The translations under genes were made by a program, and so were the position numbers. Below are positions 26,708-39,440 of a DNA stretch of 64,000 nt, piece by piece. This DNA is from Octopus vulgaris (lineage: Eukaryota), in assembly GCA_951406725.2 (NCBI GenBank), contig OX597822.1, positions 1 to 64,000 on the forward strand, written 5' to 3'. The notes beneath the pieces are model-generated. The model saw only the letters and a list, made by a program, of their open reading frames with translations. It was not told the DNA's origin and did not search any database. The stretch's first letter is position 1. Each line of letters starts with the position of its first letter.

Positions 26708-27560
26708 GCACAACAGCTTCCACAAGGACATGTGTTACATCAAAAATTCTTGGTTGGGGATGCAAATCCTCTCATTCGCGTACAACATAATGCGGCAACA
26801 GCATAGAATTGAAGGGTCCATCTCTTTCTTCTCTCAATGTAGAATGAGGAAATTTGGATGTTGAAGTAATGTAAATAAATTAATAAATAAATACATATAT
26901 AGACGTGAAGGAACCTGGTAATAAGAGTAAATAGGGGTAAAGATGGAGGGGCGAGAATTCAGGACGAAGGATAAAAAAATATATAAAAAGTGTAAGTATA
27001 GAAAACTATAAAAATGTAGAGTATAAAGATATAAAGAGATATAAGGAGATATAAAGGGGATATAAAGAATATAAAAAAATATAAATGAATATAAAGGTAT
27101 AAAGTTATAAAGTAAAAATAGAAATAGAAATAAAAGTAAAAAAATAAAAATTGGAATAAAAATGATAAAAAGTGTAAAAAAATATAAGGATAAGGGATGT
27201 ATAGTGGTTACGGACCAAACATGGTGGTCAGGAAAATGACAAAATTTAGTTGTAGAAGTTTTGGGTGTCAATAAATCAACAGGGGCGTCTGGGGACCTAG
27301 TGTATTGTAAATCAGAGCTGTTGGGCAGCTAATCTAGTTCCTTGAATTAAGTGGTCATCTTGTACATACATACCAGCATGGATACATACACCCATATACA
27401 CGTGCACATATACGCGCGCATACACAGCTCCAAGCATATAAGCATACATACGCACTCACGTGTAAACATGTACAGAAACACATATACACCCACACACATG
27501 CGCATACATACATACATACAACAGAATATGCGTATATATACACGGACATTATACGTGTAC

Positions 27561-28257
<697 letters not shown>

Positions 28258-28881
28258 TGGAATCGACCTCCTCAATCATTACCACTGTCAACATCTCTTC
28301 TACCTACTACTACTACTACAACTACTACTACTAATGCTATCTCAAGGAATTTACCTCCTACAGGTCACAAAGTTCGCCAAAACTTCAACAAACCATCATC
28401 TACACCTTTCACAACTCACACACACACACGCACCTACACACCCACTCGAAACCCCATCATTTGCCGATATTCTCTTCGCCATAGACTGTGCACTGATAGA
28501 GACTGCAAATTCACCCATTTACCTGGAACAAAACGCTCTATCCCCACAAACTACAACAGCAACCACCATAATACAACACCACCACAACCACCAATATCTC
28601 AAACAAGGAATCCCCAAATCTGCCGCTATTCCCAGCGAGACAGATTGTGTCTGCACAGGGATTGCCCCTTTACCCATCTCCTGGGGACTCGTTGGACATT
28701 TAAAGATAACCACTCACATAAAAATAGCCGCGGCCACAGTCACCTGCGGTTCCCTAGACAGGAAACCACCTCTTCTTCCTCTTTTTTAGCTATGATGAAT
28801 CTAGCAAAAGAACTGGAAAAAAACATCCGAGCTATCACCCACCACCATCCACCACAAATACCCCACTGCACATGCCATTAA
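28258..28881 (+). CDS. LINE ORF1 C-terminal part with two CCCH zinc fingers (5'-truncated, no start codon)
   Basis: One open frame contains [19 protein letters not shown] (from 28462) and [19 protein letters not shown] (from 28621). Its stop lies just after the ORF2 ATG (ATGCCATTAA). Confidence 0.8.
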   Translation, partial: WNRPPQSLPLSTSLLPTTTTTTTTTNAISRNLPPTGHKVRQNFNKPSSTPFTTHTHTRTYTPTRNPIICRYSLRHRLCTDRDCKFTHLPGTKRSIPTNYNSNHHNTTPPQPPISQTRNPQICRYSQRDRLCLHRDCPFTHLLGTRWTFKDNHSHKNSRGHSHLRFPRQETTSSSSFLAMMNLAKELEKNIRAITHHHPPQIPHCTCH

Positions 28882-31800
28882 AAAGCAATCAAATAAACAA
28901 ATCACCAAAACAATTAAAACCATCCACTCTCGCCTCAACATTTCTGCTTAATGCCCAAGGCATCAGCCCTTCCACCAATACACAAAAATGGAAGATAAGA
29001 TTCCTGGAGGACTGGGTCGAGGCCCATCCAAACCACATCCCTTTCTTCGTCCTCACTGAAACCCATCTTAGTGACCTCCACTTGGAAGCCGAGGTGAAAG
29101 TTAAAAATTTCAAAACCATTCGTGCTGATCGTGCTGGCAGAAGAAAGGGTGGGACTGCCATTTATGTCCATGATTCATTCTCAACAGAAGCCATGAACAT
29201 ATTTTCGAATGGATACTGCGAAGCAGTCGCTGTATTCAGTCAAACCAACAACTTAACAGTAGTTGGGCTCTACAGACCACCCCAAACGCCCCTACCATGC
29301 TTCAAGGAATGCCTCAACAGCATAAAGTGTTTCATTCAGCAGTGTCAACCTGACAACATTTTAATGATGGGAGACTTCAACCTTCCCGGGGTTGACTGGT
29401 CTACAAACAGTCTGCCGCCAGGTTCTTCTCTCTCAACCCCTGACAGGGAGGCAGTGGAATCGCTTCTTGACTTCATGGATGACTTCTTCTTGTCCCAACT
29501 GGTACTCGAACCAACGAGATGTTACAAAAACGTCTTAGACTTAATTTTCAGCAATCACACTGATACTATCCACAATATTGCAGTGGAGAAAACCCTACTC
29601 TCCGACCATGACATGGTTCTCTGTGATCTGAGATTTCACTGGCCAAAATGCAAAACAAATGTCATCCCTCCTGTTCATCCATTTGACACTATGGATTTCC
29701 ACAATGCAAACTGGGAAGCGATCAATTATGATCTTGCACAAGTCGATTGGTCCTTCACGCACACATACACACCCACTAACATTAAAAAGTCCTGGCAGTC
29801 ACTTGTAGACACCATCACAAACATATGTGCAAGACACACCCCATTAAGATCTGCAAACAAATCTAAGTGTCGAATCCCTAGAAATAGAAAATCTCTCATA
29901 AGGAAAATTAAAAGAATCAACAAAAAGATCAACATGCTGAAATACTGTCAACAGCAACACACCAACCTGACTGCCATCTCGTCGCTAGAGATTAAAAAAC
30001 ATAAACTCCAAAACAACATGATGTCTATCATCAATAGTCAGCGAAGAGCTGAAGAGGCCTGGGCCATTGAGAAGATCAAACTCAATCCCAAAGTGTTCTT
30101 TTCATTTGCAAAAAAACACAGAATCACTGGTTCTACTGTTGGCCCTCTGATTGATGAAAATGGTACTCTTCAAGACAATGCCAAAACCATGGGAGAGATA
30201 TTGCAGAAACAATATTGCTCTGTTTTCAGCAATCCTGATATGACTGATCTGGGCTGTATCAGTGATGTTACTCCCCAATACACTTTATCGGACATAACAT
30301 TTGGCGCTCCTGATGTCTTAGCAGCAATAAAGGAAATGAAGCATAATTCAGCAGTAGGTCTCGATAGGTTCCCTGCTTGTGTCTTGAAGATGTGTCAAAA
30401 CCAACTTGCACCCCCTCTAGCCAATCTGTGGCGGAACTCACTGGATGCTGGATATATACCAGAGGACCTTCTATCCCAGTCTGTTGTCCCAGTTTTCAAA
30501 AAAGGAAACAAATCGCTTGCCGTGAATTACCGTCCAATCTCACTCACCTCTCATATCATTAAGGTATTTGAGAGAGTGCTGAGATCGCGTATGACTCACT
30601 TCCTTGAGAGGCATAATATGCTGAACCCCAACCAGCATGGATTCCGTAATGGGAGAGATTGCCTGACGCAGCTACTGCATCATTTTGATGACATTTTGAG
30701 AGCCTTGGGAGAAGGTTCCAACACTGATGTCATCTACCTTGATTTCAGCAAGGCCTTTGACAGGGTTGATCATAAGATCCTTCTGAGAAAGCTGTCCAAT
30801 ATTGGTGTCACTGGAAAGTTGCTGCAGTGGATCAAGTGCTTCCTGTCTAACAGAACCCAACATGTTGTAGTCGAAGGAGTCAAATCCAGCCCAGCCAAAG
30901 TCAGCAGTGGTGTCCCACAAGGCACTGTGTTGGGCCCACTTCTCTTCATCATCTACATTAATGACATTAATGATACCATCAAACACAGTAACATCAGAAC
31001 CTTCGCTGATGACTCCAAGCTCCAGAAGGTCATCAATGGCGTGGATGACCGAATAAACCTTCAGTCAGACCTACTGGCTGTTGTCCAATGGGCGGAAAAG
31101 AATAACATGTTGCTAAATGAAGACAAATTTGAACTGATCCACTTTGGAAGGGAGGACGCTCTGAAACTCCCATACTCTCTTCCTTCTGGAGAAATTCTCA
31201 TGGCATCCAACAACATCAGAGACCTGGGAGTAACAGTGGACAACAACATAAGCTGGGCTACACATATAAGCAGCAAAGTTGACATGGCCCGCAGAATGTG
31301 TTCCTGGATTCTCAGAACCTTCCAGTCGGGAGATTCCCACGCTATTATCCTTCTCTTCTCCACTTTTGCCCGACCCCACCTTGAATACTGCTGTCCACTG
31401 TGGTCTCCCTACACAAAACAAAATATTATGAGAATTGAAGCTCCCCAAAGGTCAATCACAAAAAAGATAGATGGCATGTCAGACCTTGACTACTGGGGTA
31501 GATTAGAGAAGCTGAAATTGTATTCACTCCAACGACGCCGTGAACGCTACATTATCTGTATGATGTGGAAAATATTCCACCAGCACTGTCCGAATGATGT
31601 TGGCATCACCTTCAAAATGCATCCAAGGCTTGGACCACGTGCCATCCGTCCACAACAGAAATCTAAATCGCATCACATAACGACAATACGGCACAACTAT
31701 TTCACCTCAATTGGACCTGCTCTCTTCAACATTACACCAGGGCACGTCAAAAAAGAAACTGACCACACAAAATTCAAGAAGTCTTTGGACAAATTCCTTC

Positions 31801-31889
31801 AAACAGTACCGGACAAACCACCCACACCCGGATATGTCTCCGCAAACAATAACTCTCTGCTCGAATGGGCCTTGGTGCCCAAATCCTGA
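28872..31889 (+). CDS. LINE ORF2: apurinic-like endonuclease plus reverse transcriptase (1005 aa)
   Basis: LLNAQG, LTETHL, YRPP, MGDFN, LDL, SDH (APE); [40 protein letters not shown] (RT). Confidence 0.96.
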   Translation: MPLKSNQINKSPKQLKPSTLASTFLLNAQGISPSTNTQKWKIRFLEDWVEAHPNHIPFFVLTETHLSDLHLEAEVKVKNFKTIRADRAGRRKGGTAIYVHDSFSTEAMNIFSNGYCEAVAVFSQTNNLTVVGLYRPPQTPLPCFKECLNSIKCFIQQCQPDNILMMGDFNLPGVDWSTNSLPPGSSLSTPDREAVESLLDFMDDFFLSQLVLEPTRCYKNVLDLIFSNHTDTIHNIAVEKTLLSDHDMVLCDLRFHWPKCKTNVIPPVHPFDTMDFHNANWEAINYDLAQVDWSFTHTYTPTNIKKSWQSLVDTITNICARHTPLRSANKSKCRIPRNRKSLIRKIKRINKKINMLKYCQQQHTNLTAISSLEIKKHKLQNNMMSIINSQRRAEEAWAIEKIKLNPKVFFSFAKKHRITGSTVGPLIDENGTLQDNAKTMGEILQKQYCSVFSNPDMTDLGCISDVTPQYTLSDITFGAPDVLAAIKEMKHNSAVGLDRFPACVLKMCQNQLAPPLANLWRNSLDAGYIPEDLLSQSVVPVFKKGNKSLAVNYRPISLTSHIIKVFERVLRSRMTHFLERHNMLNPNQHGFRNGRDCLTQLLHHFDDILRALGEGSNTDVIYLDFSKAFDRVDHKILLRKLSNIGVTGKLLQWIKCFLSNRTQHVVVEGVKSSPAKVSSGVPQGTVLGPLLFIIYINDINDTIKHSNIRTFADDSKLQKVINGVDDRINLQSDLLAVVQWAEKNNMLLNEDKFELIHFGREDALKLPYSLPSGEILMASNNIRDLGVTVDNNISWATHISSKVDMARRMCSWILRTFQSGDSHAIILLFSTFARPHLEYCCPLWSPYTKQNIMRIEAPQRSITKKIDGMSDLDYWGRLEKLKLYSLQRRRERYIICMMWKIFHQHCPNDVGITFKMHPRLGPRAIRPQQKSKSHHITTIRHNYFTSIGPALFNITPGHVKKETDHTKFKKSLDKFLQTVPDKPPTPGYVSANNNSLLEWALVPKS

Positions 31890-31995
31890 ACTGAAAGACT
31901 TCACCAGGTGGTGCTATTAAGTTAGACATGGCCTGGGCCAATACTGGCCAAGTGTTTTTATTGGCTAAACTGGCAATATGACCATTCCGAAATAT

Positions 31996-32066
<71 letters not shown>

Positions 32067-32379
32067 TATATACATATATATATACATATATATACATATA
32101 TATACATATATATATACATATATATACATATATATATACATATATATACATATATATATACATATATATACATATATATATACATATATATACATATATA
32201 TATACATATATATACATATATATATACATATATATACATATATATATACATATACATATATATATATATATACACATATATATACATATATATATACATA
32301 TATATATACATATACATATATATACACACATATATATACATATATATACATATATATATACATATATATATACATATAC

Positions 32380-32411
<32 letters not shown>

Positions 32412-32421
32412 ATACATATAC

Positions 32422-32454
<33 letters not shown>

Positions 32455-32494
32455 TATATACATATACATATATATACCCTTCCTGGGACGTAGT

Positions 32495-32599
32495 CAGTCC
32501 ACCTGTGCATACCTTCCTTCTTATGACACTTGTGAAGACCTGTTGAGGCAAGTGCTAATCAAATCAAATGACACTTGTGAAGACCTGTTGAGGCAAGTG

Positions 32600-32631
<32 letters not shown>

Positions 32632-33532
32632 CATAATCAAATCAAATCAAAATAGATGAACATCAATGGAATTTGTATCTTTGTGGTACCAATGCCGGTG
32701 GCACACAAGAAAACCATCCGAACGTGGCGGTAGCCAGTACCACATCGACTGGCCTCCGTGCTGTGGGCACGTAACAAACACCATCCGATCGTGGCCGTTC
32801 GCCAGCCTCATCTGGCACCTGTGTTGGTGGCACATAAAAACACCATCCAAAGACCCGGCAAGACTAGTCAGGCATAACCCGTGGCCCCTACCTGGGACGT
32901 AGTCAGTCTACCTGTGCATACCTTCCTTCTTATGACACTTGTGAAGACCTGTTGAGGCAAGTATGTGACACTTGTGAAGACCTGTTGAGGCAAGTGTGTG
33001 ACAGTTGTGAAGACCTGTTGAGGCAAGTGAAAATCAAACCAAATCAAAATAGATGAACATCAATGGAATTTGTATCTTTGTGGTACCAGTACCGGTGGCA
33101 CACAAGAAAACCATCCGAACGTGGCCGTAGCCAGTACCGCATCGACTGGCCTCCGTGCTGTGGGCACGTAACAAACACCATCCGATCGTGGCCGTTCGCC
33201 AGCCTCATCTGGCACTTGTGTCGGTGGCACATAAAAACACCATCCGAGCGTGGCCGTCTGCCAGCCTCGTCTGGCACCTGTGTCGGTGGCACATAAAAAA
33301 AACACCATCCGAGCGTGGCCGTTCGCCAGCCTCGTCTGGCACCTGTGTCGGTGGCACATAAAATCACCCACTACACTCTCGGAGTGGTTGGCGTTAGGAA
33401 GGGCATCCAGCTGTAGAAACACTGCCAGATCTGACTGGCCTGGTGCAGCCTTCGGGCTCCCCAGACTCCAGTTGAACCGTCCAACCCATGCTAGCATGGA
33501 AAGCGGACGTTAAATGAGGATGATGATGATGA

Positions 33533-33535
<3 letters not shown>
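32495..33535 (+). mobile_element. RTE 3'-UTR copy preceded by a partial tandem duplicate of itself
   Basis: 32849 onward starts at the RTE ORF end ('aagacccgg') and runs to the (gat)n tail. 32495-32848 repeats about 32890-33245. Confidence 0.8.
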
Positions 33536-33581
<46 letters not shown>

Positions 33582-33602
33582 TATATATATATACATATAT
33601 AC

Positions 33603-33663
<61 letters not shown>

Positions 33664-33844
33664 TATATACATATATATATACATATATATATACATATAT
33701 ATACATATATATATATACACATATATATACATATATATGATTGATTTTGATTTGATTTTGATTTGATTTTGATTTTTCCAGTTTCAGCTAATGAGCTGTA
33801 GCCATGCTGGGGCACCGCCATTTGGTTTGCTACACGATTTTACC

Positions 33845-36800
33845 TCACGGATGCTTTTTAGCAAACGCCATCTGATGCATGAGAGAGTTCGATGCAGCTG
33901 CCCTCATCTGCATCTCCTGCCGTGAAGTTGGTTCATCCGGGACACCTGACAGGAAGAGGTCCAGTCCTACTTTAAAGACATCCGCATCTACACCATGCAG
34001 GTCCCTTAGGTTCTTCGGGAGGATATTGACGAGCCGTGGGCCTCTGAAGCCCAGGCTATCACAATATCTTGTCCTACATCTTGATGGCAAATTTGGAGTC
34101 CTTGGTACTACGCAGTGGCATCCGGTTCTGGCATTTGTGTGACTCTCGATGCCAAAGTCTGGGACAAGACCTTCCAGGATCTTCCAGATATATATTATGG
34201 CATATCTTTCTCGCCTACGCTCCAGGGAATAGAGCTTTAATCTCTTGAGTCTTTCCCAGTAGCTCATATGCTGCACAGAGGCTATCTTCGTGTAGCTTCG
34301 TTGGATCGCCTCAAGTTCTGTGATCAACTTGACACTGGATGGTGACCATAGCTGAGAGCAATAGTCAAAGTGGCTTAGGATAAGTGTTTTCCAGAGGACC
34401 ATCATGGTTTCTTGTTCTCTTGTTCTAAAGGTTCTAAGAATCCATCCAGCCAGCCGTCTACATTTCATTGTCAGTTTAGCAACATGTACATGAAAGGTCG
34501 CGTCATCACTCATGTGAATACCCAGGTCACGCACTGATTGTGCCTCTGGAATTGCAATCCCTCCAGGTCCAGTGTATTCATTGGGTATTGCATTCAGTTT
34601 TGCATGCTGATAGTATAAAGCTTGAAACTTTTCAGCATTGAACTGCATGCTATTCTTTTCAGCCCACTTGTATATTTCGTCCAGCTCACATTGCAGGTGC
34701 TTAGTGTCTTCAGGGTTCTGTATTGCCTGTGAAACTTTTGTATCATCTGCATAACTTGTGATCGTGGATCTCTGCGTGGCTGAGGGCATGTCTGAGAGGG
34801 CCATTATGAACAGTAGTGGTCCCAAAACAGTGCCCTGCGGAACACCGCTCACTATTTGCGTGTTAATGGAAGTGGCCCCATTGGCTGCTACCACCTGACT
34901 TCTATTCTTCAGAAAGTCATGAAGCCATTCTCCCAGTTTTCCAACTATGCCAAGATCACGCAGTTTGTGACATATCATTCCATGATCGACTTTATCGAAG
35001 GCCTTTGCAAAGTCGAGATATATGACTTCCACATTTGAGTGGTTGAGCAGTTGTTTCAGCACCCAGTCATAGTGTTGTAGGAGCTGAATTAAGCAGCTTC
35101 TTCCTGGTCGGAAACCATGTTGGGCGTCAGGCAGCAAGTCATTTTCTTCAAGGAAGGTGATTAGTTTCCTTCTAACTATTCGTTCCATGACCTTGCTGAT
35201 GTGTGAGGTCAGAGAGATAGGTCTGTAGTTCTTGGCCTCCGCTCTGCTACCTCCTTTATGAATATGGCATATTTTACCTTCCTTCAGTTTTCTTGGAAGT
35301 TTGCCAGCTGCAAGGAAGCTCTGAAAGAGGAACTGCAGTGGTCTTGCTAGGACTCTCTTACATACTTTTAGGAGGATTGCCGGGAATCCATCGGGGCCAA
35401 TAGCTGAGTCTGTTTTCATTTCATCTATAGCCTTTATTACATCGACTTCCTTTATATCGATGTAATTTATCGTCGTCGCCTCTGATTTTATATCTGCAGT
35501 GGTAAAAAAGTCAGTTGGATTGCTGATTTGGAAATGCCCAAGGGGTGGAGTGAAAACACTCTTGAATTGTTCATTCAGTATTTCACTTACCCTCATTGGT
35601 TTTCCTGTGAGTGTGCCATCCTTTTCAAGGAGTGGCCCTATCCTACAGTGCACCGTAGCTGTTTCTTTGGCATACCTGTAGAAAGCTCTGGGGTTAGTTT
35701 TTATGTTGTCTATAGCCCAGGCTTCTTTGTCTGCTCTTTCCTTTTCATGGGAGAGTTGCAGACAATTTTCAATTTCCAACAGTTTTATTTTCAGGCGGGA
35801 CTTTTCACTGCTTTCAATTTGTTTGTTTAGGCGATTTGAAAATTTTGTACGCCGTCTCATTAAAATTTTCCTCTCTCTGGGGATTTTGTTCTTGTGTACA
35901 GTGACCTTTCTCTCTGGGACACATTTGTAGCATATGGCTTGCATTACAGACATGAATTGTTGAAGTTTCATGTCGATGTCCGGCGAGGAGAGACATTCAG
36001 GCCAGTTTTGTTTGAGGATCTCTTTCTCAATTTGTTTCCAGTTTGCCTTATTGAAGTTCAAGCTGGAAAGATTCTGAGAGCTTCTTGTAGGCTGCATGTC
36101 CATGCTTTCCTTTGGCCCGTACATAGTCAGCTCTACCATGTTGTGATCCGAGAGTAGTGTCGGTGTCACTTTCACATTATGGATGAGATCCATATTATTT
36201 GTGAAGCAGAGGTCCAGTGTGTTACCTGCCCTGGTTGGTTGGAGTATTACTTGCTCCATGTACAGGGTGTTGATGAGGTTCAGGAGGGACCTCGCCTGTC
36301 CCCGTTCACATCGTGTCATTCCTGGGAGAGAGAGGCCCTCGGGCCATCTGACATTGGGCAGGTTGAAGTCTCCCATGAGAAGTACACTTATATGCTGTTC
36401 TAGTGTGTCTAGAACTTCTATTTTTAAAAGGCAGTCTTCAAACTTGCCCATATGGCTTGGGGCATCTGGAGGGCGATATGTAGCACACACAACTACTTTA
36501 AGTTGCCTTATATGTACAATTAGTGTGTCACACACCGAGTTTGAGTATGACAAAAGGACCTGGGGTGTGAGGTCCTCACGGATGTACATAGCAACTCCTT
36601 CATGCCTCCTTTCTTTTCTGTCGGTCCGTAGTACAACATACTGTGGTATGTGTATTTCCGCATCCGCTACGTCCGGTTTCAGGTGTGTTTCCGTAAGTGC
36701 TATGCATAAGGCTTGATTGCATGCAACAAAGTCTCTCAAGAACGGGACTTTTGTCCTGTTACTGTGTGTTAGTAGTCCTCTGATGTTCAGTAGGAGCATC

Positions 36801-36943
36801 GAGGTGAGGTGTATGCTGTTGCCGGTGGTGTCCACCCTGGGTCCATCTGCTGTGGCGGTCTTGTGAACTGTGGGTAGTCCCATCTGCGAGCTTGAGTTTG
36901 ATGGAGCCAGGTTAGCTGCTGTACAATCTTTTGTGCCATGCAC
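33845..36943 (-). CDS. LINE ORF2: APE endonuclease plus reverse transcriptase (1032 aa)
   Basis: LLNIRGL, LTETHL, YRPP, MGDFN, TLDL, LSDH; [32 protein letters not shown]. Confidence 0.96.
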   Translation of the reverse strand: MHGTKDCTAANLAPSNSSSQMGLPTVHKTATADGPRVDTTGNSIHLTSMLLLNIRGLLTHSNRTKVPFLRDFVACNQALCIALTETHLKPDVADAEIHIPQYVVLRTDRKERRHEGVAMYIREDLTPQVLLSYSNSVCDTLIVHIRQLKVVVCATYRPPDAPSHMGKFEDCLLKIEVLDTLEQHISVLLMGDFNLPNVRWPEGLSLPGMTRCERGQARSLLNLINTLYMEQVILQPTRAGNTLDLCFTNNMDLIHNVKVTPTLLSDHNMVELTMYGPKESMDMQPTRSSQNLSSLNFNKANWKQIEKEILKQNWPECLSSPDIDMKLQQFMSVMQAICYKCVPERKVTVHKNKIPRERKILMRRRTKFSNRLNKQIESSEKSRLKIKLLEIENCLQLSHEKERADKEAWAIDNIKTNPRAFYRYAKETATVHCRIGPLLEKDGTLTGKPMRVSEILNEQFKSVFTPPLGHFQISNPTDFFTTADIKSEATTINYIDIKEVDVIKAIDEMKTDSAIGPDGFPAILLKVCKRVLARPLQFLFQSFLAAGKLPRKLKEGKICHIHKGGSRAEAKNYRPISLTSHISKVMERIVRRKLITFLEENDLLPDAQHGFRPGRSCLIQLLQHYDWVLKQLLNHSNVEVIYLDFAKAFDKVDHGMICHKLRDLGIVGKLGEWLHDFLKNRSQVVAANGATSINTQIVSGVPQGTVLGPLLFIMALSDMPSATQRSTITSYADDTKVSQAIQNPEDTKHLQCELDEIYKWAEKNSMQFNAEKFQALYYQHAKLNAIPNEYTGPGGIAIPEAQSVRDLGIHMSDDATFHVHVAKLTMKCRRLAGWILRTFRTREQETMMVLWKTLILSHFDYCSQLWSPSSVKLITELEAIQRSYTKIASVQHMSYWERLKRLKLYSLERRRERYAIIYIWKILEGLVPDFGIESHTNARTGCHCVVPRTPNLPSRCRTRYCDSLGFRGPRLVNILPKNLRDLHGVDADVFKVGLDLFLSGVPDEPTSRQEMQMRAAASNSLMHQMAFAKKHP

Positions 36944-37677
36944 AAAAAAGATTCTTGCTCAGCAGCTGCCCTTTCAACAACACGTTGGTGGTATGTGGCA
37001 CGCACCACATCTGTGTACCTCCGTTTTGGGGCAGGTGATGCGTGGTCCATCCCATTTCCTTTCGGTGGTTGGTTTCTGCGGCAGGGTCCCGGATGTGCAA
37101 AACGGCAGCCTGCACCTTGCTCTCCATGCCGGCAGGCACCTGTCAGGTAGAACCTACATACCCGTGTGCGCTGCTTGTTCCCATCCTTTTTGGCATATGG
37201 ATAGTTAGGTTTGCCTCTATCCCTGGCTGCCTTGCCCCTTGGCTTTGCCTGAGTTTTAGCTTCAGTTTTTCTTCCTTTTTTGGTTCTTTCATCTCCATGT
37301 CCATGGCTTTTGGTGCCGGTAGGATCATCCGCACCTGGGTTCACCTCCCGGGCAGGCCTCTCACTGGAGTTTTCTTCCTGGGCGTCTACCAGGTGGGGGT
37401 GACCCTCCTCATCAGCGCCCGCGTCTCCATCCTTGCCATCTTTACTTTGTTCGCATTTTTCACTGTCAAAGATGGCATCCAGCGTGTTAATGTGCGATCT
37501 GACAAGTGCATAGGAGCATATAAATTCTTGCTTCTTCCGCTCTATTTGAGCTGACGTCCTTTTGTATCCGCTGTTCTTCAGCGCAGCCGTAATTATGTTA
37601 TTTGGATTTTCTCCGTCAGTGCATCGCCATCCTCGCAGGAACAACGCCAATTCGTCACGTTTCCAGGTTCTGGACAT
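36787..37677 (-). CDS. LINE ORF1 (296 aa): Myb/SANT-like N-terminus, acidic/basic linker, CCCH zinc finger
   Basis: 'RTWKRDELALFLRGW...ITAALKNSGYKRTSAQIERK' and 'CRFYLTGACRHGEQGAGCRFAH'. Overlaps the start of ORF2. Confidence 0.8.
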   Translation of the reverse strand: MSRTWKRDELALFLRGWRCTDGENPNNIITAALKNSGYKRTSAQIERKKQEFICSYALVRSHINTLDAIFDSEKCEQSKDGKDGDAGADEEGHPHLVDAQEENSSERPAREVNPGADDPTGTKSHGHGDERTKKGRKTEAKTQAKPRGKAARDRGKPNYPYAKKDGNKQRTRVCRFYLTGACRHGEQGAGCRFAHPGPCRRNQPPKGNGMDHASPAPKRRYTDVVRATYHQRVVERAAAEQESFLCMAQKIVQQLTWLHQTQARRWDYPQFTRPPQQMDPGWTPPATAYTSPRCSY

Positions 37678-38479
37678 TCTTGATATTTTATCTATCTATC
37701 TATCTATCTATCTAATTATATTAATTTATATTAATCTAATAGTGCAATAGGGGGTAGGGAGGAAATAGAGAAAGAGAGAGAGAGAGAGAGCGTCTATGTA
37801 CTTACGGAGAGATTGGGAGCCAAAAGAAGAGAGTAAGAGAGAAGAGGAAGAGGAGAGACTGAGAGCTGAAGGAAGAGAGAGAAAGCGTCTATGTACTTAG
37901 AGATTGAGAACTGAGAGAGGAGAGTAAGATAGAAGAGAGTAATGAAGAGACAAGGAGAAGCGTGAGGGAGAGAACTGAAGAGACAGAGAGAGAGGGAAGA
38001 ATTCTAAACGAAGCTAATTGTGCACACACAAACAGCTAAATAAAGCACACACATATACATAGTATACATACATATACATACACATATATACACACGTGTG
38101 CACATACCCATATATAAACATATATATTTATATCTTTTTAAATTTTATCTTCTGGTTAAAAGAACACTAATGATAATGATAATAAATAAATAAATAATAT
38201 CTTCCTTTCCTTACCGGCTGAGAGAATACTTACGTGATTCCTTTTTATAAGAAAGGAAGATAGATAGATAAGATAGACCTTTTTTATATTCCTTTATCGT
38301 ATTTTGTAAACAAAAGGAAATTAGAGTTCCGATTTCATACATGCAGACAAATAATGATACTTTCTATATCTTCCTAAGCGATTTGGTATTAAGCAGCACA
38401 TTTTTCAGAGGCTTTTTTCAGAACACGCAGATATACGACATCAAAAACGAAAATATCCTTCTCAAAAATATATATATAC

Positions 38480-38659
<180 letters not shown>

Positions 38660-38677
38660 TATACATATATACAGTAC

Positions 38678-38744
<67 letters not shown>

Positions 38745-38818
38745 CATATATACATATATATATACATATATACACACATATATATATATATATAATATAT
38801 ATATACATATATATATAC

Positions 38819-38905
<87 letters not shown>

Positions 38906-39028
38906 CATATATATCAACAATTGAGGGTAAAATTAATTAGTTATTAATCAATTTCACCAAGTAGTGTTCAGTTTAAGGCGAATTCAAAATATTACATTAT
39001 ATACATATATATATATACATATATATAT

Positions 39029-39099
<71 letters not shown>

Positions 39100-39122
39100 T
39101 ACATATATATATATACATATAT

Positions 39123-39204
<82 letters not shown>

Positions 39205-39237
39205 TACACATATATACATATATATATACATATATAC

Positions 39238-39302
<65 letters not shown>

Positions 39303-39309
39303 TATATAC

Positions 39310-39407
<98 letters not shown>

Positions 39408-39440
39408 ATATATACATATATATATATACATATATATATA

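Larger units (their letters stand above)
28258..31999 (+). mobile_element. Young CR1/L2-group LINE, truncated within ORF1, ORF2 intact
   Basis: Bounded by (TA)n on both sides; consists of partial ORF1, 1005-aa ORF2 and a short 3' UTR. Confidence 0.93.
33740..38005 (-). mobile_element. Apparently full-length CR1/L2-group LINE (CT-rich 5' UTR, ORF1, ORF2, (AAATC)n tail)
   Basis: Two overlapping intact ORFs. The 3' end 'ggcggtgccccagcatggctacagctcattagctgaaactgg' is followed by (aaaatc)n and (TA)n. Confidence 0.93.
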
